Of a stretch of 64,000 nucleotides of DNA, positions 39,849 to 54,125 are shown piece by piece (within the stretch, counting starts at the first letter, position 1; each line of letters opens with the position of its first letter). A model generated the notes under the pieces. The model saw nothing but the letters and a program-made list of their open reading frames with translations, was not told where the DNA came from and ran no database searches. Location of the stretch: assembly GCA_951406725.2 (NCBI GenBank), contig OX597815.1, positions 213,280,001 to 213,344,000 on the forward strand, in the 5' to 3' direction. The translations under genes were made by a program, and so were the position numbers. Source of the stretch: Octopus vulgaris (taxonomy: Eukaryota).

Positions 39849-40102
39849 CATTCCATTTATAACCACTTGGTTTCAAGTTTGATTTTACTGCATCCCCTTT
39901 CGGCAAGTTCACTGAAGTGTGACCAATACCATCATCATCATCATCATCATCATTCCATGTCTGTCAGTTTTTCCATGTTGGATGGGTCTTCTTCAGAAGA
40001 AGAATGCCTTTACACCTGCTTTAATTCTTTGTCATTTCCTTTCTGAGGAGATTATCTTTCATTCTTTCTTCCCATGTCTTTTGGTCTTTCTCCCTTGTGG
40101 CA

Positions 40103-40498
40103 TCCTTCCACTTGGGTGCTTTACTCTCTTTTACTTGTTTCAGTCATGCTGGAGCACCGCCTTTAGTTGAGCAAATCGACCCCAGGACTTATTCTTTGCA
40201 AACCTAGTACTTATTCTATCGGTCTCTTTTGTCGAACTGCTAAGTTACGGGGATGTAAACACACCAGCATTGGTTGTCAAGCGATGTTGGGGGGACAAAC
40301 ACAAACACACACACACACACACACACATACATATATACGATGGGCTTCTTTCAGTTTCCGTCTACCAAATCCACTCACAAGGCTTTGGTTGGCCCGAGGC
40401 TATAGTAGAAGACACTTGCCCAAGGTGCCATGCTGTGGGAATGAACCCGGAACCATGTGGTTGGTAAGCAAGCTACTTACCACACAGCCACTCCTGCG
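40103..40498 (-). mobile_element. SINE family A
   Basis: Family head, core and tail present. Confidence 0.85.
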
Positions 40499-41344
40499 TC
40501 CCATACACATCACATGTCCATACTGGTTCAGTCTTGTTTCTTGCTCACTACGTCTGATTCCTTTTATACCCGGGGCTATTGTAGAAGACACTTGCCTAAG
40601 GTGCCACTCTGTAGGATTGAACCTGAAACCTCATGGTGTACTTCCCTGCCACACATTCATGGCTGCACCTGTTTATGTGAAGCAGTTTTAGTTGCTTTTT
40701 TTGCTTAGTAAAGATTTAACTTTCTGTTTGCACCTTTTCCACAACATATATATATATTGATATTAAAACTATCCTGGTTAGATTTTAAGGATATTTCTGA
40801 TTTTCTTCACTGTTTACCATTTTCTTCCAATTGTTTTCAATGGATTATGTTTTGTGTACTAATTATGAAAATGAAATTCATTTTCCCTATGGATTTATTT
40901 TCCCTATAAATCCATAATTTAAAAGTTATTAACCTTTAAAATTGGCAAAATTTGGGTATTTTAGCCAAACAGAAGTGAGTATTTTACATATCACCATAGC
41001 GAACATTTCTGCTTCCATAGTAACCAAAGCAAAGAAGCACCATTTGTTACATAGCTGATTGCGAAGAACTGTTTCCATAGTAACCAAAGATACTGTGCAT
41101 GCACACAAGGAGGGGATACGAGAAAGATAATTTATTTTATAAAATCCTAGTTTGATGTTTTGATATTCCGATGCCCCCCCCTCTCCCCTGATGATGGAAG
41201 AGGCAGCGAATCTGCTGCTTTCTGATTGGCTGAAAATTCTGAAAATTATCAAAGTCTGAATAATTGTAACATTTTTGCAAAATTTTTCTTGAATAAATGA
41301 ATAACAAATTCTGATTCAGAATCAAAAATTACGTCTATATACTC

Positions 41345-41573
41345 TTTTACTCTTTTACTCTTTCTCTTTTACTTGTTTCAGTCAGTTGACTGCGGCCATG
41401 CTGGAGCACTGCCTTTGGTCGAGCAACTCGACCCCGGGACTTATTCTTTGTAAGCCCAGTACTTATTCTATCGGTCTCTTTTGCCAAACCGCTAAGTGAC
41501 GGGGACATAAACGCACCAGCATCGGTTCTCAAGTAATGCTAGGGGGACAAACACAGACACACAAACATACATG

Positions 41574-41605
<32 letters not shown>

Positions 41606-41770
41606 CGATGGGCTTCTTTTAGTTTCCATCTACCCAATCCACTCACAAGGCTTTGGACGGCCCGAGGCTATAGTAGAAGACACTTGCCTAAGGTGCCACG
41701 CAGTGGGACTGAACCCGAAACCATGTGGTTGGTAAGCAAGCTACTTACCACACAGCCACTCCTGCGCCTA
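41345..41770 (-). mobile_element. SINE family A
   Basis: Family head, core and tail present. Confidence 0.85.
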
Positions 41771-42059
41771 TATGATACATAAAAAAATTTTTTTAATGAT
41801 AGTCATAAACAATGATGAAAACCATAAAGATCCGGTTTTAAAAAACAATCTAATGTTTAGATTAGTTTTACAACACGAAAAGGTGCAAACTAAATAAAAA
41901 GAAAGACTGCCTCACAACAGATGTCTTCTCAATATGCTACTGCAATACTGAAGGAAAGTGAGTGAGAGGCTAATGTTGGAAACCTGGTGGTGTAAACATG
42001 CTAGAAAAAAAGTTAGAAAAATGCTGAAGGGAAGCAAAACTTGTATTCTCTTATGCTCT

Positions 42060-42460
42060 TTCTACTCTTTTACTTGTTTCAGTCATTTGACTGTGGCCAT
42101 GCTGGAGCACCGCCTTTAGTCGAGCAAATCGACTCCAGGACTTATTCTTTGTAAGCCTAGTACTTATTCTATCGGTCTCTTTTGCCAAACCGCTAAGTTA
42201 CAGGGACTTAAACACATCAGCATTGGTTGTCAATCGATGTTGGGGCGACAAACACAGGTGCACATACACACACACACATATACGTATATACATATATACG
42301 ACAGGCTTCTTTCAGTTTCCGTCTACCAAATCTACTCTCTAGGCTTTGGTCGGCCTGAGGCTATAGTAGAAGACACTTGCTTAAGGTGCCACGCAGTGGA
42401 ACTGAACCCGGAACCATGTGGTTGGTTAGCAAGCTACTTACCACACAGCCACTCCTACGC
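42060..42460 (-). mobile_element. SINE family A
   Basis: Family head, core and tail present. Confidence 0.85.
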
Positions 42461-43793
42461 TGTTGTGTTTTATTTTTCCAGTGCTACCTTCATAGGACAC
42501 AAAATTATTGAGGATTCCTGATGGAGATTTTTAATCCTGAAAGATAGAGCTTACGCTTCCCATTATTGGACTGTGTATCCCATTGAAGGATATAATTTGC
42601 TCATCAACAGAGCTGTGGATGATATCAGGCATTCTTTATAAAACATATCTGACCAGAGATGGATCTACCTATATTTCTAATCCCTTAACGGTCCTCTTAA
42701 CATTGCAGTGAAGTTCAAATTTTTGATTCCAGCTTGTTTGTTCCTGAAGGATTTCTACTGTTATGATTTTTGTGAAATACTCTAGGTATGTATAAAGATT
42801 GTCTGGAGGTGTGACATTGTCCTCTGGATGTGTACTCTGAGATGTCACATTGATTTTTCCTTGATTTTAATGTTAAAAAGTTTGTGATGTGTATATCACA
42901 ACCATATAGCCATGAAAGGACTCAAATGAACTTAGCCTGTTGATTGAGTGACCAGGCAATTAACCAAACAGTTGATTAATCCATCTGGTTAAACGCTTAA
43001 CTAGTTGACTAATAATAATGAAAGAAGTAAAACAGAACCACTGCATGTGTTTATCATTGGCATAATGATCCTCCCAAGATACAACAAAATTTTTGTAGCC
43101 TACTGTTTTAAAAATTTCTTCAAGAAATATGTTTTGAACAAGCTAAATGTAATACATTAGGATTGATGTGTTGTAAGAAACAAAGAGCAAAAAAAAAAGG
43201 GCCTCACTTAGGGTCTTTATGAATTAAAGTAAAAAATAACGGTATATAGAAGACTCTCTTGACTATTTAAAATGTTTATGATGACTATGTTAGCATGGGG
43301 TTCTATAGATAAATAGAGAATTTCTTCTTTAGCTATTTGACAGATTTAGCTGTGGGAACTAGGTTATCTCCTTATATAAAATGTGTGTGTGTGTGTGTTT
43401 GCTTTTCACGTAAAAACAGCTGTGTGAATTGCTTCCATACTTGGGATGCATGAATAGTTTGACCGTGGATAAATAAAAGAGTCTTCAGTTTATTTTTTTA
43501 TTAAAAATAAGTAATATTGCTTTCAATGTATGATTTACTTCTTTAAAAAGGTTTCTCAATGTCAACTTCCGGTATTGATGTAGCAACAGCGAAATTTTTC
43601 GTTTTCATTTGCAAAACCTCTCACTCTCTATTTGAATGTTTTCAAGTTTTAATTTGCTATTTGCAAACAACTATGATAAATTACTGAAAGAAATATTTAG
43701 TAAATTCATAAATTTAAATATATGCAGTACAAGATAGTTTTTAACGAGCTTTCGTTTATACATTTCATGTTTATTTCATTCATTGTTTGCAGT

Positions 43794-43833
<40 letters not shown>

Positions 43834-44107
43834 ACTTTCTCTCTCACTTACACAAGTCAGTCACACATGTACACATGTGTTTTTTGTACGTATGTTTGTG
43901 CACATTTATGTATGTGTGTGTGTGTACATATAGAAAGGGCTTCTTTCAGTTTCTCTATCCAATCAGAAGGCTTTGGTTATTCCAGGGCTATAGTGGAAGA
44001 CACTTGCTCAAGATGCTACGCAGTGGGAGTAAATCCCAGACCACGTGGCTGGGAAATGAATTCCTTAACTGCAGAGCCATGCCTGTGCCTAAATATATGT
44101 TAGAAAA

Positions 44108-44183
<76 letters not shown>

Positions 44184-44754
44184 ATCTGGTTAAGTTCACT
44201 TCATAACTACATTGTTTCAGATTTCTTCCCACACTGCAACGTCTTTGATAAATGGTCTTCTATTGTAACTTTGAACTGACTAATACCGTGTAGATGGAAT
44301 TTGATAAATAGAAACTTTGAACTGATAATACCTTTAAATATTAACTTTTAAAAAATGAAACAAACACAAACTCTTCTACATCAAAACAATTGAAATCTTA
44401 TAAAATTTGTAGGTCAAGACATTTACAAAATAATTAAAAACAGGAAGCTTCCCACTTTATAAGTATCTGTTTAATTTATGTAATTGACCAACATTTTAGT
44501 GAAGATAAGCTATTAACATCAAGTTTATCTGATTTATATCTACACTTCTAGCTTATCAGTCTTTTTTGTGGCTGTTTTCAAGTGCAATATTTCTACATTT
44601 AAACATATTCTTTAGCATCAAAACTAAATGCTCTGAATTCAGTCTTAGTATAAGGATATTCTTGTATTCTGTTACCAATAATAGTATCATCAACTTCCAC
44701 AAGAGGGAAAAGAGATATTCGAGAAAGAAGCATCAAATTAAGTGAGCAAATTAT

Positions 44755-45022
44755 AGGCGTAGAAGTGGCTGTGTGGCAAGTAGCTTGCTTACCAACCACA
44801 TGGTTCCGGGTTCATTCCCACTGCATGGCACCTTGGGCAAATGTCTTCTACTATAGCCTCAGGCCTTGTGAGTAGATTTGGTAGGCGGAAACTGAAAGAA
44901 GCCCATCGTATATATGTGCATGTATATATATGTGTATGTATGTTTGTGTGTCTGTGTTTGTCTCCCCAACATCACTTGACAACCGATGCTGGTGTATTTT
45001 CATCCCTGTAAAAAAGAGACCG
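44755..45022 (+). mobile_element. SINE family A (3'-truncated)
   Basis: Family head and core present. Confidence 0.78.
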
Positions 45023-45429
45023 ATATTTCTGCCAGCTCACCACCTTTCCTCAATGGTTATAATGTTGACAGGAAAGATGGATTGATGAAGAAAGGCTTCG
45101 TTGAAACATGGTGAAAAGGATTGAAACACAGTGAAGAAAATAATATTTCTTAAATCAGCATCTTTATTCTGAGTACTTTAAATACTCTCTCTTTTACTTG
45201 TTTCAGTCATGTGATTGTGGCCATGCTGGAGCACCACCTTTAGTTGAGCAAATCGACCCCAGGACTTTGTAAGCCTAGTACTTATTCTATCGGTCTCTTT
45301 TGCCGAACAGCTAAGTTACGGGGATGTAAACACACCAGCATCAATTGTCAAGCGATGTTGTGGGGACAAACACAGACACACAAACATATACACACACATA
45401 CATACATACATACATATATATATATACAT

Positions 45430-45460
<31 letters not shown>

Positions 45461-47063
45461 CAGTTGCGGCCAAAATGTTCAGAACGGCATTGTTTTCGTC
45501 AGAAAAGTAAGTATAAATTTTTATCAAAGTAGTTTTATATTCTATAATTTTCACAGACAATAAATACAATATTAATTGTTATTGTCTGAGATTTTGGTGT
45601 AATTTGAGAGGATAATACAAAAGTTATGGATGATTTAGTGATTTACTGCAAAACCCATGGCGGCCAAAATGATCAGAACGGTTGAAAAAATAACAAAATA
45701 ATCAAAAATGACAGAGAATACTGGAATTATTTAATATTTAGTGTGAAGCCCTTTAGCTTCAATCACACTCTGACATCTTTGACTGCATGAGGAAATTAAA
45801 TTTTCAATTTCTTGCTGGGTGATCTTATTCCATTCTTCCTGAAGGGCATTCCATAATTGCTCAGTTGTTTTAGGATTTCTGGCTTTCGAACGTTCTCCTA
45901 GAATATTCCATACATTTTCAATAGGATTGAGATCTGGGCTTTGAGCAGGCCAATCCATAACAATAACCTTTTCAGCCTTAAGGAAGTTCATGACCACCTT
46001 AGCCTTGTGACATGGGGCATTGTCCTGCATGAATATGGGTGGTCGCTTAGTTGAATTTCTCAGCACAGGCAAGACATGATCTTTTACAATTTGTTTATAA
46101 ACTCCTGCATTTACCTTTCCATGTAATCGCACCAAAGGGCCCACACCATCTCCAGATATCATCCACCAAACCATGACACTTCCTCCACCGAATTTAACAC
46201 TAGTCTTAAGGCATTTAGGTGGCAGTTTTTCACCTACTTTTCTATGAACGTACCTTTTCCCATCTGAACCAAATAACAAAAATTTAGATTCATCACTGAA
46301 ATGCACCGTTTGCCATTTTTCTTGAGACCACAACACATGTTTGGTTGCAAAGGTAAGACGACACTTTTTATTCTTGGAGCTGATCAGTGGCTTCACTGCA
46401 GGTGCTCTTGCTTGTAGGTCATGTTCAACTAAACGACAAGACACAGTTTTTCGAGATAAAGTTTTCTTCAATACAATGCTCATTTTCCGAGAAACAGCAC
46501 CAGCAGTCTTAAATCTGTCCTTTTTAACCAACTTTACCATAGCACGATCTTCTCTCTTGGTCGTTTTTCTTGGCCTACCTGTAAACTTTCTTGCTTCACA
46601 CAAACCACAATCATCATAGACCTTAAGAATACCGTGTACAACACTTTTTGACTTGTTAACAATCTTTGCAATAGATCCAATACTTAAATTATCTTTCCTT
46701 CGAAGCTTTATAATCTGCTGACGAATTGGTAATGGAGTAAGTGGCATTATATTAACAAAGTACACTGCAAATATTTTTACTAATGTTTAGTAAACGAACC
46801 GTCACGTAAACAAATTCAAAACATTAGAGTTTGCCGGTTAAATATACTAAAACATGGAGTAAAAGCAACTGTTCTGATCATTTTGGCCGCCATGGGTTTT
46901 GCAGTAAATCACTAAATCATCCATAACTTTTGTATTATCCTCTCAAATTACACCAAAATCTCGGGCAATAACAAATAATATCGTATTTATTGTCTGTGAA
47001 AATTATAGAATATAAAACAACTTTGATAAAAAATTATATCTACTTTTCTGATGAAAACAATGC
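45461..47063 (-). mobile_element. IR/DR-type Tc1 transposon inserted in the (TA)n of a family A SINE (SINE halves 45185-45460 and 47064-47226)
   Basis: TA|CAGTTG left end. The ~224-bp TIR (45461-45684) holds two DRs gcggccaaaatg(t/a)tcagaac. The mirror TIR (46866-47063) lacks the outermost ~26 bp. Confidence 0.95.
45731..46747 (-). CDS. Tc1-family DD34E transposase (338 aa from ATG)
   Basis: HTH region with GRPRKT, catalytic motifs FSDESKF, MQDNAPCH and SPDLNPIENVW. 34 residues lie between the second D and E. No stops or frameshifts. Confidence 0.95.
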   Translation of the reverse strand: MPLTPLPIRQQIIKLRRKDNLSIGSIAKIVNKSKSVVHGILKVYDDCGLCEARKFTGRPRKTTKREDRAMVKLVKKDRFKTAGAVSRKMSIVLKKTLSRKTVSCRLVEHDLQARAPAVKPLISSKNKKCRLTFATKHVLWSQEKWQTVHFSDESKFLLFGSDGKRYVHRKVGEKLPPKCLKTSVKFGGGSVMVWWMISGDGVGPLVRLHGKVNAGVYKQIVKDHVLPVLRNSTKRPPIFMQDNAPCHKAKVVMNFLKAEKVIVMDWPAQSPDLNPIENVWNILGERSKARNPKTTEQLWNALQEEWNKITQQEIENLISSCSQRCQSVIEAKGLHTKY

Positions 47064-47829
47064 ATACATACATATATACGACGGGCTTCTTTCAGTTTCT
47101 GTCTACCAAATCCATTCACAAGGCTTTGGTCAGCCTGAGGCTATAGTAGAAGACACTTGCCCAAGGTGCCATGCAGTGGGACTGAACCCGGAACCATGTG
47201 GTTGGTAAGCAAGCTACTTACCACACATGCCTATAAATAGCTGAATATCTTATCTGTTTTGCATTTGTGATTATATATGAAACAGAAAGAGATATATGGG
47301 AAATGTGTGTTTGCTGTCTTTCATAAGGTGTAACAAATAGATGGACTGAAAGCAAATGATGTGGTAGAATGTCTTTTAAAGGCCTGAATGAAAGCAAGAC
47401 CTTGGTTGCGATCAAGACATGATTTATGAGATATGAAATCCACAGCCTTAAAAATGTAAGAAAATGGTGAATGGTCTTGGATCTTCTGTTTGTGCTTTGG
47501 TGTAAAAAAACAACAACCAAAAACAAAAGAAAAACAAAAAGTTGAAGTAGCTCCTTTGTTGTCAAACAACATTTTATTACGGTTGCCACACTAGGTGCGA
47601 TAAATGACAGTTGTTAATATGTTTAGTTTAGTACCACTGTTATAAAAGTTCCAACTGTTGTAGTATTGGTTGAGCTGCCTATCTACATCTAAACAGAAAT
47701 GCTGTAGAATTGCTGTCAAAGAGAGATCTACTACAGACTTATTAGACTTATTAGCAGGAAGTGAAAAAGAACCTAATATTCTGTTACTTTGACAGGCACT
47801 TATTAATGATTTCATTTCTAATTATTGTG

Positions 47830-48126
47830 TGCCATCCGAACGAGGCCGATGCCTGCACCGCCTTGACTGGCTTCTGTGCCAGTGGCACATAAAAAGCACC
47901 AACCGATTGTGGCCATTGCCAGCCTCCCCTGGCACCTGTGCCGGTGGCACGTAAAAAGCACCCACTACACTCACGGAGTGGTTGGCGTTAGGAAGGGCAT
48001 CCAGCTGTAGAAACACTGCCAGATCAGACTGGAGCCTGGTGCAGCCTCCTGGCTTCCCAGACCCTGGTCGAACCATCCAACCCATGCTAGCATGGAAAAC
48101 GGACGTTAAACGATGATGATGATGAT
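47830..48126 (+). mobile_element. SINE family B
   Basis: Family core and (GAT)n tail. Confidence 0.82.
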
Positions 48127-51067
48127 TAGTTTGGTAAGGGTATCTTTCTTCTAGCTTATTGTTAGAAGTATGGACTACAAAAAAATCCACCCCTATCATT
48201 ACATTTCTTTCAGTCAGGAATATCTATATCACAATGTACGTCAGTGGTGCTCCATCGTGTTAGGTAGAAACTCGAAGCAATGAAAATATGGCCCGGACCA
48301 TGTTTCCCAGCATGAATGTCAGACTTCAAAAAGTAGCGAACCATTTAATGGTTTTAGTAATTTCATACAGAAAAAGTAAGCATTATACCATCCAGCATAA
48401 ATATAAATCAACTTCATTATATTTAAGCCATTACTTTTTTCTGTAAAAACCTATTCTGACATTAAATGAGTTAACATCCGGTACAAATGTTTACATTTTG
48501 TATGTCTTTTTTTGACAAAAAAATTTCAAAATAAGTTCTGAAAACGATCTACTTATGTAATTTATGCATTCCTAAAGTTTATTTTTATTTTTGATTGAGG
48601 GCTGGTGAACCAGATGGCTGCATCAGGCTCCAGTCTTGATCTGGCAGAGTTTCTACAGCTGTGTGTATATATATATATATACATATCACATGATCACGTG
48701 ACCAACCAGACCATCAAATGTTGCTACACATTGCTGGTCACAATGTGTTCGCATTGTTTTAGCCTTCGAATGACGCCATCCTGCTGGCTAAGCGAGCAGG
48801 CAATGCCGGGTCATAGTGCTAGTGCATGCATATACAGCTGCGTGCGCACATACACGTGAGTACTGTCCAAATCTCCCATCAATCACATACAGCTAGCTGG
48901 CATTCAATTGGTGTATCAAGTTTCAGGCATTTTAATTGGGTTTTGGATAGAAAATTCACAAAAAAGTCACTTCTATTGATTTTTTAATGGCTTTGCAATG
49001 TGACTGGGGAAATATAAAGATGTGCACGACCACCCTTAGACGGTTTTGAATGACCATAGAAAGTGCGAGCCCTCTAACTGAAAAATTGTGGATTTGTATA
49101 AAAGATACACACACAGACAGACATTTTGCCGTTTGTATATATAGAGATATATATGTGTGTTATGTCGCACGTCTGGATGCCTCTACTACTCAACTCTGTT
49201 CTCTACTCAACTGTTCTCTGCCGACGTCTAGACTTCTCCCTCTATATCTACATATTGGGCTAGTCTACTTCATCGTCTGGGGCGTCCACACAACAATATA
49301 TATCCTTTCTACTAAAGGCAGAAGGCCTGAAATTTTTGGGGAGGAGACTAGTCAATTATATCGACTCCAGTGTTTCACTGGTACTTAATTTATCAACCAA
49401 AAGGATGAAAGGCAAAGTTGACCTCAGCAAGATTTGATCTCAGAATGTGAAGATGAACAACAAAATGCTACTAAGCATTTTGCCTGGCATGCTAACGATT
49501 CTGCCAGCTCACACACACACACACACACACACATAATGGGATTTCTTCATGTCTGAAAGTCATGAGAAAGAATGGCAAGCCTAAACTGATCCTTGAACAA
49601 CAGGCTCTGGCATACTTGGGGTAAATATATAGGCTTTGGTCAGATGTGGGGGGGTCATGATGACAACTCTTTCCTTCTTTGATGTTTCTCATCCATTGCA
49701 GTTGCTCTGGCTTTCTCAAAATTGCTTGCAGCAATCTTGTCATACCCCCCTCTGTACTGCATCTCTCTCTCTCACCCTGTGGGGTCTCTCCAGGTATGGA
49801 TAGACCTTAACTGTTCATTAGTACAGGACCTGCAACCACTGCCATCATCTGAATTTCTCCTGGTCAGTACTCACTCGTTTCTTCATCATTGACTTTTCTC
49901 TCATCTCTTCATTGAATTATGATCTTCCCACTTCCAAGCCCCGTCACCATCTCCCTCCTTGTCCATAAGAAACTACACCACATTGGAACTATTATGCTCA
50001 GTATACTTAACCCTCACTCCTGTGCTCTCAGACATAACCCCATTCACTAGACATGCTATTGTACCCTTTCTCTTTTCCACCCAAACCTCTTGACTTTCCC
50101 ACTCTCCACCCTCGTTCTGTCCCCTGGAACATGTTGTATTCTTGCTTTTGCTTCCATTACCTTAAGAGTGAAACTTGTCTTGGAACACACAGCATCTCCA
50201 TCACTTGTCCTTCTTATGGTTTATCTCTATTATTTATGTCTCTGTCTTGTCCTTCATGCCTCTCACTCTGTAAAGGAGTTAGTGAGCAAGGAGACATAGA
50301 CTCAAGAGACCCCTTTGGTTATGACATGGTTACCTCTGTAGTGCTGGTGCTATGGAAGCATGCACTCAATACACTGTAAAACATAAGGCTTAGAGCAAGG
50401 CTGCTCAAAGTTGTGGTCTGCAGACCAGTGTGTGAGCCATCGGCTGCCAGTATGTGATGAGTTTCCAGAAAAGAAAGAAACATCATAAAATGCTTATAAA
50501 AGGCTTATGCAATATTGTATTATTTGTTTACAAAATAAATAAAAGATAAAAAAAATTGTCAACTTTTATTATATTCATTATATTATATATTGTTTCTGGT
50601 ATAAATTAATATTACTAAGAAATATTACCGGCCCCTGGCACATTGGAAAAAAGAAAATTAACCGTACACCACATCAGATAGTTTGATTTTGAGGATTCTT
50701 TAGTCTTGCCAAGGAATGGACATCTCCCTCATGCTGATGCATGGAAAAAGTATCCAGTACACTTTGTAACGTGGTTGTAGTTTAGAAGCTATAGAAACCA
50801 AGCCAGAAACGAAACTCATGAGTGAGATGCAGTCTTGCAAGTCATCAAGAGGAGCAATGCTCATGGATGTGTGCTGACAGCTGTATAAAAATGTGCCAAG
50901 CACTCGAGGCAGATGGAACATGTGAAAGGGGGATAACCAAGAAGAGACTTGAGGCAAAGTGGTAAAGACTGACTCTGTTGATTGGCAATTTGCATTATTG
51001 GAGATCTACCATAGAACACCTGTCCACAGTGCAAGCTTGGTGAATTGAAAGTCACAAGAATGGTAGT

Positions 51068-51485
51068 AGGTGGTGAGTTGGCAGAAACGTTAGCACGCCG
51101 GGCGAATAGCGTAGCCGTATTTCGTCTGCCGCTACGTTCTGAGTTCAGATTTCATCAAGGTCGACTTTGCCTTTCATCCTTTCGGGGTCGATAAATTAAG
51201 TACCAGTTACGTACTGGGGTCGATGTAATCGACTTAATCCCTATGTCTGTCCTTGTTTGTCCCCTCTGTGTTTAGCCCCTTGTGGGTAGTAAAAAAATAG
51301 GTATTTCGTCTGCTGCTACGTTCTGAGTTCAGATTTCGTCAAGGTCGACTTTGCCTTTCATCCTTTCGGGGTCGATTAAATAAGTACCAGTTATGCACTA
51401 GGGTTGATATAATCGACTTAATCCGTTTGTCTGTCCTTGTTTGTCCCCTCTGTGTGTAGCCCTTTGTGGGCAGTAAAGAAATAAC
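51068..51485 (+). mobile_element. SINE family C with tandem partial duplication
   Basis: The body gtatttcgtctgc...gtaaa(g/a)aaata occurs twice head-to-tail (about 51117-51299 and 51301-51483). Confidence 0.85.
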
Positions 51486-52179
51486 AATGGTAGTAGTGGT
51501 GTAGACTACATACATCTGAAGACTTGTGAGGTATAAAAATCCCTTACCTAAAAACAGGTGAGGGTTGGCAAGAGGAAGAGCACCTGGTTGTAATAACTGC
51601 CTCAAATAACTCTCCATCCAACCCATGCAAGTATGGAAAAACAGACATTAAAAAAAATGAACAATTTATATGTAATAAAGATGGTGAATAAAAGAAAACA
51701 GAGAACCTGGCATAGAATGTAATGTCCTTTATTAAGTTAGATTTTCTTTTTGGTTTTTAACATCAACTAAGGAAGTTGAATGAAAAGAAAGAAAAAAGAA
51801 ACAGTTCAACAAATTACAAATACAAAATATAATTAGGATTTTTTTTTAATTATTATTATTTCGTAACTGATTCTGTATTTTTTAATTTTTTTTTACTTTC
51901 AGAAAAATAATGAAATCAAATTTTCTTTTCTTTTTGTTCATTTCATTTTTTCTTCTTCTTAATATTAAAAAGACAAAAATTGGGGAAATGCATGAATCAC
52001 TATGAACATTATTCACGGGACAGTTAAGAACCAACAGAAGTTTAGGTGTGTTTGTGAGTGTGTTTATATATATATATATATATATATTTGTATACATACA
52101 TGTAATATATATATGCACACACACACACACACAAATTTATCAATATATATGTATACATACATGTAAAATATATATAAGT

Positions 52180-52213
<34 letters not shown>

Positions 52214-54087
52214 AATTTATATATATATAAAATCATATACATACATATAAATTTGTAAATATATACTTATAAATTTGTATATACATACCTTTAAATGTAT
52301 ACATATATACTTATAAACTTATTAGTATATACTTATAAATTTATAAGAATATACATATAAATTTATAAGTATATACATATAAATATATAATATTTAAAAT
52401 TTACTTGTATAAAGAAAATGTAAATTTTGTCTATTTAAACAAGAAAGCAGACTTTCCAAGTTCAGGCTTTTGTTGTTGCCAAGAGAAAGAAAAACCAAAA
52501 CTTTATGCTAATTTTAAAAGTAAAAAAGATTAATCAGTTTTAAACTGTATCAAATCTCTCATTTTATTTATTGTAAAGTAAAGGAAAATTAAATAACATT
52601 AAAAAAATATCACTAAAGAAAGAAATATATAAAAGATAAAATTAAAATTTATTAAAAAAAATGAAATAAGATAAAATGTTGACAGAGCACAACTGCTGCA
52701 GTTATTGTAACATTTACCAATAACAACTATTTATTTCTTACAAAGCCACAAAGCCACAGAGGAGGAAAAATATGAAGTTGTGACATTAATGCCTTTCCCA
52801 AGGGCATTAACAACGTATGTTGAGTAAAGTGGCTAAGACTCGGAATTGAAACCATGTCACAGATTCAACTTGCCAAGAGCCTTTCTCTACTCTACGATGC
52901 TTGCCACGAATAACTGTAATTTATAGAGAGACTTGGTTATACTTCACTTAAGCATTATAATTATTTTTTATTTTTAATGTTAGAGTTAGAAGACATTGTT
53001 TCGAAACATATATATTGATATTTTCAAATATCATGAATATCTTTTTTCATAGATTAAATGCATGCAATGACTGACAGCTTTGTTTGAGAATCACAGAAGC
53101 TAAGCGAAAAACAGACAGAGTTGAGTAGATAATTTTTGGAGAAGTTCAACAGAAAACGTCATCTAAAATAACTCAATATGCAAAATTGTTTTCTTGTTTG
53201 TTTTGTTTTCCCCCCTCAATAAAAACATTATAGAATCGATAAAAATAGAATTGAAAATTCATGTCTTTCATCTGTGGAGTTTTTCAAATTTTTTTCTTGT
53301 CATTTTTTTGTCTTTTTCTATCAAAAAAAAAAAAAAACCCAAATCTGTTCACCCAATTATACCATCTGTATTAGTTTCCCTAATTCCAGCGACTCCCTTT
53401 TTTTTGTTTTTTGTTTCTTGTTTTTCACTGCTGAGGCTCCAACCAAGCTTTGCAGTCACACTGTATTCTCAAAACCGATTCCTTATCATAACAATTTTTC
53501 TCACAAGTTTCCAACACAGACTCACAAAATACATCTCAGCAGTGTACATAGACATCAGCAAGTTATGTAAATACATTTAAAAGTGGACCTTAAGTTCATC
53601 ATGATAATAATAATAATAATAATAATGGTTTCAAATTTTGGCACAAGGCCAGCAAATGTAGGGAAGGGGAAAGTCAGTTACACTGACCCCCAGAGCTCCA
53701 CTGGTACTGATTTTATCAACCCCAAAAGGATGAAAGGCACAGTCAACCCCAGCAGGATTTGAACTCAGAATGTAAAAAGCTGGAAGAAATGCTGCTAAAC
53801 ATTTTGTCCAGCATCATAATGATTCTGCCAACCTGCCTCTTAATAATAGTAACAATAATAATAATAATAATCCTTTCAACTATAGGCACAAGGCCTCAAA
53901 TTTGGGGAAGGGGGTATAGTCGATCACATCGACCCTAGTATTCAACTGGTACTTATTTCATTGACCTCGAAAGGATGAAAGTCAACCTTGGCGGAATTTG
54001 AACTCAGAATATGACGACGGATGAAATATTACTAAGTATTCCGCTTGGTGTGTTAACGATTCTGCCAGCTCACTGCCTTAAATGATG

Positions 54088-54125
<38 letters not shown>

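Noticed and set aside
40167-40691. Recurrent ORFs with similar peptides (RASFSFRLPNPLTRLW...)
   Set aside because: They recur because they are translations of SINE family A copies, not a gene family.
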